DNA of 64,000 bases. Source: Anoxybacillus sp. (GTDB lineage: Bacteria > Bacillota > Bacilli > Bacillales > Anoxybacillaceae). Position 1 is the stretch's first letter; every line of letters begins with the position of its first letter. The DNA is taken from assembly GCA_035645275.1 (NCBI GenBank), contig DASQMX010000005.1, forward strand, positions 33,332 to 97,331. The letters are read 5' to 3'. Both the position numbers and the translations under genes were made by a program. Below are positions 29,801 to 39,980 of this stretch, in pieces. The notes under the pieces are model-generated. The model ran no database searches. It was given only the letters and a program-made list of their open reading frames with translations, and was not told where the DNA came from.

Positions 29801-31258
29801 ATGCAAGTTAACAAACATCTATACATTAATGGAAAATGGTATATAGGAGAAGGAGTAAGAAGACAAATCATCAATCCCTCCGACGAAACAGTTATTACCG
29901 AGATCAATGAAGCTTCGAAAAAACAAACATATGCTGCAGTAGAAGCCGCTAGCTATGCATTGCAAAATACAGATTGGGCATTCAATGTTACAAAGCGTGT
30001 AGCCGCACTTCATCAGTTAGCAGATTTACTAGAGCAATCAGCTGAAGAGTTTGCGTATATAGAAACTTTAAATACAGGAAAACCCATTCGCGAGTCACGC
30101 CTTGATGTAAGCGATTCCATCCATTGCCTTCGTTATTACGCTGATTTTGTCAAAAACCGTACCTTATGGGAAAAAGAAATGCACGATGGAACAACAAGTA
30201 GAGTTTTTGAGGAACCGATTGGTGTCTGTGCGTTAATTGTTCCTTGGAACTTCCCTCTTCTTCTAGGAACATGGAAAATCGCTCCTGCTCTTGCAGCTGG
30301 AAATACGATCATTTTTAAACCTTCGGAATTAACACCGTTATCCTTAATCAATTTTACAAAACTAATCGAGGCATCCGATATCCCTCCTGGAGTATTTAAC
30401 CTTGTACTGGGCGGAGGCTATCCTGTCGGAGAAACACTTATTACCCATCCTCATGTTGATAAAGTTTCATTTACTGGCGGAACGGAAACAGGTCGGTGGA
30501 TTAACCAGCAATGCGCGAATCACTTCAAGCGTGTCTCTCTTGAACTTGGTGGAAAATCACCGCTCATTGTCCTTGAGGATGCAGAGCTTGATATCGCTGT
30601 GGAATGGGCGATTTTCAGCTCGTTTTTTAACCAAGGTGAGGTTTGTGTTGCTTCTTCAAGAATCCTCGTCCATGAATGTCTATATGATCGATTCATTGAA
30701 AAATTAATAGAAAAACTTGACCATCTTCGTATCGATGATCCGCTTGATGAAAGAACAGAAATGGGACCGCTGATTAGTGCAGCGCACCGCAAAAAGATCG
30801 AAACATACATCGATATTGGGTTGCATGAAGGAGCCGTCTTACTTCGAGGTGGCGAGCGCATAAAAGAGAAAGGATATTATCTCTCCCCTGCTGTATTTGT
30901 CAACATCCACCAATCCATGCGAATCGTCCAAGAAGAAATATTCGGTCCAGTAATTACGATTCAGCGCTTTAAAAACGACCAAGAAGCGATTGAATGGGCC
31001 AATGGCACAGCCTATGGTCTTGCCGCTGGTGTGTTAAGTCGTGAGGTAGAACGCGCTGAGCGAATCGCTGAAAAACTTAGGGCTGGTACAGTTTGGATTA
31101 ATAGTTACCATACCCCTTACGTCGAAGCGCCTTGGGGTGGTTTTAAACAAAGTGGTATTGGCAGAGAACTTGGTCCACAAGGTTTCACTGCTTTCACCGA
31201 AACTAAACACGTGAATATCAGCCGAAAATTGAAACCGCTCGGCTGGTATCAATGTTAG
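29801..31258 (+). CDS. betaine/aminoaldehyde dehydrogenase family protein
   Basis: IVPWNFPLL, FTGGTETG, LELGGKSP, NQGEVCVASSR, EEIFGPV, WGGFKQSGIGRELG; start 29792 or 29801. Confidence 0.85.
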   Translation: MQVNKHLYINGKWYIGEGVRRQIINPSDETVITEINEASKKQTYAAVEAASYALQNTDWAFNVTKRVAALHQLADLLEQSAEEFAYIETLNTGKPIRESRLDVSDSIHCLRYYADFVKNRTLWEKEMHDGTTSRVFEEPIGVCALIVPWNFPLLLGTWKIAPALAAGNTIIFKPSELTPLSLINFTKLIEASDIPPGVFNLVLGGGYPVGETLITHPHVDKVSFTGGTETGRWINQQCANHFKRVSLELGGKSPLIVLEDAELDIAVEWAIFSSFFNQGEVCVASSRILVHECLYDRFIEKLIEKLDHLRIDDPLDERTEMGPLISAAHRKKIETYIDIGLHEGAVLLRGGERIKEKGYYLSPAVFVNIHQSMRIVQEEIFGPVITIQRFKNDQEAIEWANGTAYGLAAGVLSREVERAERIAEKLRAGTVWINSYHTPYVEAPWGGFKQSGIGRELGPQGFTAFTETKHVNISRKLKPLGWYQC

Positions 31259-31474
31259 AGACTGATCCAAAGCAAAGTGTCAGACCTCACAACCATCATA
31301 TATATAAGTTCATATTGAAAAACCGACATAAGCAAGACATTTGAGTCGATTAAAAGAACAACCTAAACGGTTTGCAAATGTCGAAAAATCAATCTGTATT
31401 TATAACATAACAATGGATAAATACACTATATATTGTGGGTTGTGCGTGAGGTCAGACACTTATGGGGCAGCCCC
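31258..31474. mobile_element. MITE-like inverted-repeat element, copy 2 (longest)
   Basis: GAGACTGATCCAAAGCAAAGTGTCAGACCTCACAACC...GGTTGTGCGTGAGGTCAGACACTTATGGGGCAGCCCC. Confidence 0.7.
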
Positions 31475-31531
31475 ATATAACCCGTTTATTCAGAATATTA
31501 ATAATTTTTTAAAATGAAGGGGGGTTAAATA

Positions 31532-32908
31532 ATGACAGAGTGGACAGAACATTTCGGACACGATAATATTCAACCAACACCGATGAATAAGCGGAGTATG
31601 AATTTTTTCAGTACGTTTGCACTTTGGCTTGCGGCAAACGTGGTAATCACTACCGTAATGACAGGTATGTTGTTTGTTCCTGATATTTCGTTTGCTAATG
31701 CAATGCTTACGATTATTCTAGGATCTGCCATTGGCGCGATACCACTTGCGTTAACAGGAAATATTGGCACAAGAACCGGGCTTCCAACAATGGTGATAAC
31801 ACGAGCAGCGTTCGGTCAGAAAGGAGCAATTCTTCCGGCAATCGTCAATACGATAATCTTGATTGGCTGGAGCTGGATTCAAGCCTATATGGCTGGTCTC
31901 AGCCTAAATTATGCAGTTCACTATGCGACAGGGTACAGTAACATTAATTTGTTTATCATTTTTACCGAAATTCTTGTAGTCGTGATTACCATTTTCGGTC
32001 ACCGCGGCGTTGAGAGAATCGAGAAATATGTGTCGATTGCCATGCTAATTTTATCTGCTTTAGTTTTCTATAAAATTTTTACCACCTATGATGCTGCCTC
32101 GCTCATTGAGATGAAATTGAGCGAAAATCCATCTATTACCACTATCATCGCCTTTGACATCGTTATAGCGACCGCTTTTTCATGGATGTCAACGGTGTGT
32201 GATTTTAACCGAAACTGTCAGTCAGAAAAAAGCGGTTTTTGGGGAACGTATTTTGGTTATCTTTTAGCTTCCATTGTTGCTATGGGACTCGGTGTTGTTG
32301 TAAGTGGCTTTAGCATTGTTTCTAATATAGAAAAAACGTACGATCCTACCATCTTGCTTGCTGCCTATGGATTCGGCTTCGTGGCATCCATTGTCGTATT
32401 CTTTTCCGTATTATCAACAAACGTGATGGCATTATACAGTGCAACAATGTCATTTTTGAATGTTTTCCCTAAGACTGGCTTTTGGAAACCAACGCTCATC
32501 ATGGGATTCATTTGTATACTCGGTGCGCTGTTAAAGGAAACACTTATGTCTAATTTCTTCAACTTTATTTTGTTAATTGCAACACTCTTTATTCCCGTAT
32601 TTGCAATCGTGCTTGTTGATTATTTTTGGATTAAAAAAGGAAAATACGATGCAGAAGATATTGCATTTGACACGAAAGGAACGTATCGTTATCAAAAAGG
32701 AATCAATATCGTCGCTTATATTACTTACCTGATTGGTGCTGTTTTCGCCTATTATTTTACGTATACCCACCCATTGAACATAGGTTCTACCCTCTTAACA
32801 TTTATCATATCAGGAGCAGGATACTGGGGATTAATGAAATTAACTAAGCAGGTAGATGTTACGCAAGATACGGTTGAAATAGAATCACCAACAAGTCTGG
32901 AGGGGTAG
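31532..32908 (+). CDS. NCS1/purine-cytosine permease (CytX/CodB-like)
   Basis: 12 TM; GTRTGLPTMVITRAAFG, GWSWIQ, FSWMSTVCDFNR, VDYFWIKK. Confidence 0.85.
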   Translation: MTEWTEHFGHDNIQPTPMNKRSMNFFSTFALWLAANVVITTVMTGMLFVPDISFANAMLTIILGSAIGAIPLALTGNIGTRTGLPTMVITRAAFGQKGAILPAIVNTIILIGWSWIQAYMAGLSLNYAVHYATGYSNINLFIIFTEILVVVITIFGHRGVERIEKYVSIAMLILSALVFYKIFTTYDAASLIEMKLSENPSITTIIAFDIVIATAFSWMSTVCDFNRNCQSEKSGFWGTYFGYLLASIVAMGLGVVVSGFSIVSNIEKTYDPTILLAAYGFGFVASIVVFFSVLSTNVMALYSATMSFLNVFPKTGFWKPTLIMGFICILGALLKETLMSNFFNFILLIATLFIPVFAIVLVDYFWIKKGKYDAEDIAFDTKGTYRYQKGINIVAYITYLIGAVFAYYFTYTHPLNIGSTLLTFIISGAGYWGLMKLTKQVDVTQDTVEIESPTSLEG

Positions 32909-33726
32909 TGATGACATCATCCTATCAAATCGCTGTAGCACAAGCTTCTTTTGAAAATGGAGATATCTCTAGCAACCTTACCAAAATGGAAAAAATCGCG
33001 GATCAATGCATAAAAAATTTTCCAAACGTTCGCTTACTCCTATTTCCCGAGCTTGCGGCCACCGGTTATTTTTTATCTGAAACAATTAAAGAAATCGCAC
33101 AAGAATGGGACGGCTTCATTTTTGAACGAATGAGCCGTTTTGCCGAACGACTTCAACTATATACTGCCTATGGATATGTTGAAAAAGACCAAGATGGAAA
33201 CATCTACAATTCTCTCATGCTAGTTAGTTCTAAAGGAAAATGTGTCGGTAACTATAGAAAAATACATGTAACCCCGCTTGAAAAAAGCTTGTTCACACCC
33301 GGATCGAAACCGGTTATCGCTGAAACAGAACTCGGACGAATCGGTCTTATGATCTGCTGGGATCTTGCGTTTCCAGAACTTGCGAGACACCTTGCTGTAA
33401 AAGGCGCTGAGCTTCTTCTTGTTCCATGTGCCTGGGAATCTCCTTTTCACGTACCGTTTCAAAAATTTTGTATGGCACGTGCAATCGATAATACTGTCTA
33501 TTTAGCCGCATGCAACCAAATAGGAACATCTTCCCAATTACACTTCTTTGGCTTATCCTCTATATACGGACCAGCCGGAAATCGAATCACCAGTGCAAAG
33601 GAGAATAGAGAAGACATTATCGTAGCAGAAGTCGACCATAGTTGGGGGGAGAAGTTAAAGCGAACGTTTTACACAATGATGGACGAACGACGAACCGATC
33701 TCTATAAAGTAGGTGATTGGATATGA
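32908..33726 (+). CDS. carbon-nitrogen hydrolase (nitrilase superfamily amidase)
   Basis: LLLFPELAATGY, YRKIH, ICWDLAFPE catalytic E-K-C. Confidence 0.88.
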   Translation: MMTSSYQIAVAQASFENGDISSNLTKMEKIADQCIKNFPNVRLLLFPELAATGYFLSETIKEIAQEWDGFIFERMSRFAERLQLYTAYGYVEKDQDGNIYNSLMLVSSKGKCVGNYRKIHVTPLEKSLFTPGSKPVIAETELGRIGLMICWDLAFPELARHLAVKGAELLLVPCAWESPFHVPFQKFCMARAIDNTVYLAACNQIGTSSQLHFFGLSSIYGPAGNRITSAKENREDIIVAEVDHSWGEKLKRTFYTMMDERRTDLYKVGDWI

Positions 33727-34373
33727 AGATTAAAAAAATTGTTGATTTATCAATGCCTATTACACCACAAACCCCGATCTATCCAGGAGACCCAAAGCCG
33801 GATATCGAACCAATCACCACATTTCATCAAGAAGGATATCATGTTAGTCGACTTACTCTTGGTTCACACACAGGAACTCATGTAGATGCACCATTTCATT
33901 TTCGCCAAGATGGAGAGAGAATTGATGAGGTACCTTTATCCAAGTTTATCGGAAAAGGTGTCGTAATAAATGTGACTGATAAAGAAGAGTGCCAAGCTAT
34001 CACTGTGGACGATGTAAAACCATACTTAAACAAACTAACCCCCGGGGTCATCGCTTTGTTTCACACGGGTTGGTCTAAATATGTCAGCGAAGATAAATAT
34101 TTCCGCCATCCATACATTTCTATTGAAGTGGTACAAGCGATGATTGATAGAGGTATCAGAACATTTTTCATTGACGCCCTTAATATCGATCCACCCGATG
34201 GTTCCGCTTTTCCTGCTCACGAGGCTATCACTTCTGTAAACGGGGTTATCGGAGAAAATTTCATCAACTTTGAGAAAATCGATTTTGCCGATCCTTACAT
34301 TATCGCCTTCCCGCTCTGTTTACCAGGAGTCGATGGCTCACCTGTAAGAGCAGTTGCCGTTGAGTTTGTTTGA
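33723..34373 (+). CDS. cyclase family metal-dependent hydrolase (kynurenine formamidase-like)
   Basis: DLSMPI, YPGDP, SHTGTHVDAPFH, GEN, GSPVRAVA. Confidence 0.88.
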   Translation: MKIKKIVDLSMPITPQTPIYPGDPKPDIEPITTFHQEGYHVSRLTLGSHTGTHVDAPFHFRQDGERIDEVPLSKFIGKGVVINVTDKEECQAITVDDVKPYLNKLTPGVIALFHTGWSKYVSEDKYFRHPYISIEVVQAMIDRGIRTFFIDALNIDPPDGSAFPAHEAITSVNGVIGENFINFEKIDFADPYIIAFPLCLPGVDGSPVRAVAVEFV

Positions 34374-34385
34374 TCATCGATTGAA

Positions 34386-34420
34386 TAACCCCGCCTTTTT
34401 TGGGTAAAGGCGGGGTTTCA
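34386..34420 (+). terminator. intrinsic terminator
   Basis: AACCCCGCCTTT...AAAGGCGGGGTTT. Confidence 0.7.
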
Positions 34421-34579
34421 TTTATCTGTGTTAACCATTGATTTGATTTACGTCCAATATGACTCAATTTCTGTTTACGCTTATTTCAACTTATTAAATT
34501 AAGCGTTCCTTTAATGAACGATCAACGAAAAAATTTAATAACAAACTTTCTTCAACATTTACACTTAGAACCTTTGTTT

Positions 34580-35287
34580 TTAGTGCCCTCCAAGATACGC
34601 CATCTTTACCTGTTCACTAGCGGTTAACTCTTCCGCTGAACCAGATAAGACAACACGGCCCGATTCAATGACATACGCTCGGTCAGCCACAGAAAGTGCC
34701 ATATTTGCGTTTTGTTCCACTAGCAAGATGGTAGTTCCAAATGAATTAATCTCTTCAATGATCCGGAAAATCGTTTTAACGAGTAAAGGAGCTAGTCCCA
34801 TCGATGGCTCGTCTAACAAGAGGAGACGCGGGCGTGCCATTAATGCGCGGCCCATGGCTAACATTTGTTGCTCTCCCCCTGACAAAGTTCCAGCAAGCTG
34901 CTTTCTACGTTCATGAAGTCGCGGAAACAGATGATACACTTTCTCGAAATCTTCTCGAATTTCATCTTTATCCTTCCTTAAAAAAGCCCCCAATTCTAAA
35001 TTTTCTTCTACCGTCATATTGGCAAAAATACGCCTGCCTTCCGGAACATGAGAAATTCCTTGTTTTACAATCATTTGTGCGGCTTTGCCTGCAATCGATT
35101 GTCCTTCATACAAAATGTCGCCACGTTTCGGCTTTAACAATCCGGAAATCGTCTTTAGCAGCGTACTCTTGCCGGCGCCGTTTGCGCCAATGAATGTGAC
35201 AATTTCTCCTTCTTTTACTTCAAGTGAAACCCCTTTTAATGCTTGAATATTCCCGTAAAATACATCGATACTTTCTACCCTTAGCAT
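34580..35287 (-). CDS. livF: branched-chain amino acid ABC ATPase
   Basis: GANGAGKST, LSGGEQQMLAMGRALM, LLLLDEPSMGL. Confidence 0.93.
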   Translation of the reverse strand: MLRVESIDVFYGNIQALKGVSLEVKEGEIVTFIGANGAGKSTLLKTISGLLKPKRGDILYEGQSIAGKAAQMIVKQGISHVPEGRRIFANMTVEENLELGAFLRKDKDEIREDFEKVYHLFPRLHERRKQLAGTLSGGEQQMLAMGRALMARPRLLLLDEPSMGLAPLLVKTIFRIIEEINSFGTTILLVEQNANMALSVADRAYVIESGRVVLSGSAEELTASEQVKMAYLGGH

Positions 35288-35291
35288 TATC

Positions 35292-36071
35292 TTATGAAAC
35301 CCCCTCTCCTAGATATGCTTCAATCACTTTAGGATGATTCCGGATCTCTTCAGGTGTACCATGCGCGATGAGCTGTCCGTGATCCAACACATAAATTCGT
35401 TCACATACTCCCATCACAAGAGACATATCGTGCTCAATAAGTAAAATTGTTAAATTGAACTTTTCTCTTATAAAAGCGATCAATTTCATCAGTTCCTGGG
35501 TTTCCTGCGGATTCATTCCCGCTGCCGGCTCATCAAGCAACAACAATTTTGGATGTGCAGCGAGAGCTCTGGCAATTTCTAAACGACGTTGTTGACCGTA
35601 TGGTAAATTTTTTGCTTTTTCATACATATAACTTTCCAGCTTGAAAATCTTTAAAAATTCTATGGCCTTTTCTTCTATTTCTTTTTCACCAGAAAAATGA
35701 GAAGGCAAGCGAAAAATGGAGCTAAAAATAGAGTGACGAGCAAGCGAATGGTAGGCAACCTTTACATTATCAAGTACGGAAAGTTCACTGAACAATCGAA
35801 TGTTTTGAAACGTACGGCTAATCCCTTTTCGTGTAATTTTGTAAGGTGCAAGACCATTTAACTTTTCATTACCGAGTACAATACTTCCTTCTGTCGGTTC
35901 ATATACACCTGTCAGCAAATTAAAGAAAGTTGTTTTACCGGCACCGTTCGGTCCAATGAGCCCAACCAATTCTCCAGGATATAATTCGATGTTTACGCCA
36001 GACAATGCTTTCAAGCCACCAAACTGAATTCCGACATGATCAGCTTTAAGCAACGGTGTGTTTGTTGTCAC
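35292..36071 (-). CDS. livG: branched-chain amino acid ABC ATPase
   Basis: GPNGAGKTT, LPYGQQRRLEIARALA, DEPAAGMN, VIEAYLG. Confidence 0.93.
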   Translation of the reverse strand: MTTNTPLLKADHVGIQFGGLKALSGVNIELYPGELVGLIGPNGAGKTTFFNLLTGVYEPTEGSIVLGNEKLNGLAPYKITRKGISRTFQNIRLFSELSVLDNVKVAYHSLARHSIFSSIFRLPSHFSGEKEIEEKAIEFLKIFKLESYMYEKAKNLPYGQQRRLEIARALAAHPKLLLLDEPAAGMNPQETQELMKLIAFIREKFNLTILLIEHDMSLVMGVCERIYVLDHGQLIAHGTPEEIRNHPKVIEAYLGEGVS

Positions 36072-37020
36072 TCTGCTTTCCCCCTTCCACCGCTCTGCGC
36101 AACCTGAAGAACGAAGTCAATTCTTTAGTACCTAACAACCCTTTTGGGCGGTATATCATAACTAATATAAGCACCATACTGTATATAATCATTCGAGTCT
36201 CCGGATAATCCTGAAGGAACGTAGAAACAACCGTCAACAAAATAGCGGCTATTACCGCTCCTGACATGCTTCCTAATCCACCAAGCACAACAAAAATCAA
36301 AATATCAAATGACTTCAAAAAGCCAAAATTTGTCGGCTGAATAATGTAAAAGTGATGGGCATAAAGACCGCCAGCAATCCCAGCAAAAAAAGAACCAATC
36401 ACAAACGCGGCCACTTTATAGTACGTTGTATTAATCCCCATTGAATCCGCAGCAATTTCATCCTCGCGAATCGAAATGCAGGCGCGGCCATGAGTGGAGT
36501 TTGTAAAATTTGCAATGACAATAATGGTAATAAGTAGGCAGGCAAATACCCACGGCCAACTTGTAAGGTGGGTGACCGTCATACCGCTGGCACCACCAAC
36601 ATAATCAAAATTTAATAGGGTGATTCGTACGATTTCCCCAAAACCAAGCGTGGCGATGGCTAGATAATCACCCTTTAGACGAAGGCTAGGAATACCAATA
36701 AAAAGCCCCGCTAAGGCAGCGATAACACCACCAACCAGTAAAGCAAGTGCAAACGGCATTTGCAGTTTCATTGTCATAATGGCAGACGCATAGGCGCCCA
36801 CGGCAAGAAATCCGGCATGTCCAATGGAAAACTGTCCCGTAATACCAATTATGAGATGAAGACTGACTGCTAGGATGATATTAATAACCATAAAAAACAG
36901 AGTATTAATATAAAAGGTATTTAGAATACCTCCTGATATTAACAGCTGAACCGCTACAAAAAACACAAGCGCTAGCACAATAGAGAGCCAAAATCCATTG
37001 ATCCGCTTAAAAGTTATCAT
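36046..37020 (-). CDS. livM: branched-chain amino acid ABC permease
   Basis: GQFSIGHAGF, LRLKGDYLAIATLGFGE, VVLGGLGS. Confidence 0.92.
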   Translation of the reverse strand: MITFKRINGFWLSIVLALVFFVAVQLLISGGILNTFYINTLFFMVINIILAVSLHLIIGITGQFSIGHAGFLAVGAYASAIMTMKLQMPFALALLVGGVIAALAGLFIGIPSLRLKGDYLAIATLGFGEIVRITLLNFDYVGGASGMTVTHLTSWPWVFACLLITIIVIANFTNSTHGRACISIREDEIAADSMGINTTYYKVAAFVIGSFFAGIAGGLYAHHFYIIQPTNFGFLKSFDILIFVVLGGLGSMSGAVIAAILLTVVSTFLQDYPETRMIIYSMVLILVMIYRPKGLLGTKELTSFFRLRRAVEGGKQSDNKHTVA

Positions 37021-37033
37021 CCTTCTACCCTCC

Positions 37034-37912
37034 TTACACCTTTTCTCTTACGTTTTTGCCAAACAGGCCTGATGGTCGGAAAATGAGAATAAGTATAAGA
37101 ACGATAAAAGCTACTCCGTCACGCCAGAGAGAATAACCAAGGCCGCTTACAAGCGATTCAATCACACCAAGTGCAAGACCGCCGACCATAGCACCCGGAA
37201 TAATACCAATCCCACCTAACACTGCGGCTACAAAGGCTTTTAAACCTGGGATAATGCCCATAAGGGGGTCAATTTTAATATAGTAAATACCGAAGATGAC
37301 ACCCGCAGCACCTGCCAGAGCCGATCCGATTGCAAAGGTTGCCGATATTGTATGATCCACGTTGATGCCCATTAATCGCGCTGCTTCTGCATCATAGGAA
37401 ACGGCACGCATCGCTTTCCCTATTTTCGTTTTATGAACAATTAACTGAAGAAAAATCATCAATATAATGGCAGTACAAAGAATCAATAATGCCTGACTGC
37501 TAATTGTTACACCAAATACTTCAATACTTTTGGAAGGGAGTAGGGTAACAGGATATGCTTCTGGTTGAGCACCTCGTGCATATATCATCCCGTATTCAAT
37601 AAAAAGCGAAACCCCGATGGCAGTGATGAGAGCGGCGATTCTTGTGGCATTTCTCAAAGGTTTATAAGCAATTCTTTCAATGAATACGCCCAATAAAGCG
37701 CATACAACCATAGCCAATAAAAGCGCTGGAAAAAATCCTAGATGTAAACCTGTAATCGCATAAAATCCTACAAATGCTCCTATCATAAACACATCGCCAT
37801 GAGCAAAGTTAATCAGCCTAACAATTCCGTACACCATCGTATATCCGAGAGCAATTAACGCATATATGCTGCCAAGCGATATCCCGTTAACAAGCTGTTG
37901 AATGAGTTCCAT
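37034..37912 (-). CDS. livH: branched-chain amino acid ABC permease
   Basis: GSIYALIALGYTMVYG..INFAHG, GKAMRA, KAFVAAVLGGIG. Confidence 0.92.
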   Translation of the reverse strand: MELIQQLVNGISLGSIYALIALGYTMVYGIVRLINFAHGDVFMIGAFVGFYAITGLHLGFFPALLLAMVVCALLGVFIERIAYKPLRNATRIAALITAIGVSLFIEYGMIYARGAQPEAYPVTLLPSKSIEVFGVTISSQALLILCTAIILMIFLQLIVHKTKIGKAMRAVSYDAEAARLMGINVDHTISATFAIGSALAGAAGVIFGIYYIKIDPLMGIIPGLKAFVAAVLGGIGIIPGAMVGGLALGVIESLVSGLGYSLWRDGVAFIVLILILIFRPSGLFGKNVREKV

Positions 37913-38015
37913 ATTTGCACTCTCCTTGGGAAGTACTGTTATTTCCTTTTGAAAGATGAAAGCTATTAAAATAGGGGGACATGCCCCCTATTCGACTCAT
38001 ACCATTATGATGGTA

Positions 38016-39203
38016 TTATGGATTCACTTTTGTTTTAAATTGCTGGACACCATCTTTATATTCAAGAATAGCGGCAGATTTGATTGGGTCATGGTTCTCA
38101 TCAAGCGTCAATACACCTGACACAAGGGAGATTCCTTTCGTTTGCACGAGTGCTTTTTGAATTTTCACCGGATCGGCATCTCCCGCGCGTTTAATTGCAT
38201 CAGCAAGGAAATACGCCGTATCATATCCAAGCGCGTTAAACGCATCTGGAGATTTATTGTATTTCGCCTTAAATGCTTTTACGAAATCCTGGATTTTAGG
38301 ATCTGGATCGCCGGAAGAATAGTGATTTGTAATAAATGTATTGTTTAGCGCTTCTTTTCCAGCAATTTCGACAAGCGTTGGAGAATCCCAGCCGTCACCG
38401 CCCATAATCGGAACTTTAATGCCAAGTTCACGTGCTTGTTTCACAATAAGACCGACTTCTTCATAATAACCAGGCAAGAAGATAAATTCAGGATTCGCAG
38501 ATTTAATTCGTGTAAGAGTCGCACGGAAATCTGTGTCTTTTGCCACATAGGCTTCCTCCGCTACAATCTTACCGCCGCTTATCTCAAAGGATTTCTTAAA
38601 AGAAGAAGCAAGTCCTTTGGAATAATCACTAGAGCTATCAATAAGTACAGCTGCATTTTTTACTTTCAAATCATTGATTGCAAATTTAGCGGCTACCGTA
38701 CCTTGAAAAGGATCAATGAAACAGGTACGGAAGACAAAATCGTTTACTTTGCCGTCTTTATTTGTAATAGTAGGATTCGTTCCAGTCGGTGTAATTAACG
38801 GAATTTTGTTATCCTGTACAATTTGGACTTGAGCGAGTGTATTTGTACTTGTCGCTGCCCCGATAATCGCTGCAACTTTATCCTGGCTAATCAGTTTAAT
38901 CGCACCGTTAGTAGCTTCTGCTGCTTCAGATTTATTATCTACTTTTACCAGTTTAAATTTTTTTCCGTTAATGCCTTCTTTATTAATTTCCTCAAACGCA
39001 AGCTCCAAACCTTCAGCAATGGATTGTCCATATGAAGCCACTCCACCAGACAATTCAAGATTAGCGCCGATTTTAATCGTATCGCCGCCCCCGCCGCTAC
39101 TGCCTGATGAACTAGTATTTTGAGCTCCATCCTTACATCCGGCCATCAGTCCAGCAGTGATCATAAGTGACAAAAAAACACTAGCTAATTTTCTCTTCTT
39201 CAT
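38016..39203 (-). CDS. livJ: branched-chain amino acid ABC substrate-binding lipoprotein
   Basis: Lipobox MAGC; FRTCFIDPFQG, DYSKGL, GGDGWDS. Confidence 0.9.
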   Translation of the reverse strand: MKKRKLASVFLSLMITAGLMAGCKDGAQNTSSSGSSGGGGDTIKIGANLELSGGVASYGQSIAEGLELAFEEINKEGINGKKFKLVKVDNKSEAAEATNGAIKLISQDKVAAIIGAATSTNTLAQVQIVQDNKIPLITPTGTNPTITNKDGKVNDFVFRTCFIDPFQGTVAAKFAINDLKVKNAAVLIDSSSDYSKGLASSFKKSFEISGGKIVAEEAYVAKDTDFRATLTRIKSANPEFIFLPGYYEEVGLIVKQARELGIKVPIMGGDGWDSPTLVEIAGKEALNNTFITNHYSSGDPDPKIQDFVKAFKAKYNKSPDAFNALGYDTAYFLADAIKRAGDADPVKIQKALVQTKGISLVSGVLTLDENHDPIKSAAILEYKDGVQQFKTKVNP

Positions 39204-39405
39204 AAAATCCCCCCGTGATAGAAAATTTGGAAAAACCCTCAGCTAACTGTGGCTATCTTTTACACTTATCCACATCCCCTCTATACTTTTAAATTACAGA
39301 ATAATAAAATTATTCTTAATCAATATAATATTACAAAAATTATTTCTTCACGTCTAGGTATTAAGACGAATTATTTTTTCACAAAATCTCCAGCTTAAAA
39401 TTCCC

Positions 39406-39486
39406 GAGACTGATCCAAAATCAAGTATCAGCTCCCAACCATCATATATAGGACATTACAATGGATAAAAACACTTCACGCGTAAG
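39406..39486. mobile_element. MITE-like element, copy 3 (truncated, left end only)
   Basis: GAGACTGATCCAAAATCAAGTATCAG..CAACCATCATATATA..ACAATGGATAAAAACACT matches segments of 31258-31474. Confidence 0.55.
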
Positions 39487-39607
39487 TTCAACCTTTTTTG
39501 TATTAATCGGATTGTTGCCTGGCAAATTCAATGAAGTAGACTTATATAAAAAAGGAATATATAATAAATAAGCTAAATGAATGGAAAAATTTTCAGGAGG
39601 GAATTTG

Positions 39608-39799
39608 GTGAAGGAGTTTGAAGTAACGTTTTATTTAGCTAATCATGAAATTGGTCACTTAATTAAAGGAAAATCAGAAAAAGAAGTATCGAAATATGTG
39701 GCAAGAAAGCTATTAGAAAAGAAAATCTGGATAATAGATAGAGATATAGGAATATGCACAAGTCATGTGCAATATTTTACAGTTCGTGAATTAGATTAA
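39608..39799 (+). CDS. small hypothetical protein
   Basis: AGGAGG RBS before GTG 39608; followed by hairpin 39832-39870. Confidence 0.6.
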   Translation: MKEFEVTFYLANHEIGHLIKGKSEKEVSKYVARKLLEKKIWIIDRDIGICTSHVQYFTVRELD

Positions 39800-39925
39800 T
39801 AAAATAGACGAAATCTTGATACATAAATAGCAATAATCCCTTGGCTCTTCAAAACTCCAAGGGATTATTGTATGTTCAAGGAACCTTCTGTGTAAATCTA
39901 CATTTTGGATCATTACTACAACCCG

Positions 39926-39971
39926 TGAACGCCACCACACCTACGCTTTGATTAGAGGTGGGATCTTCTCA
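39926..39971 (-). mobile_element. PATE-like element, copy 2 (diverged)
   Basis: Minus TGAGAAGATCCCACCTCTAATCAAAGCGTAGGTGTGGTGGCGTTCA resembles the 25799 and 59977 copies. Confidence 0.5.
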
Positions 39972-39980
39972 GAAAAAACC

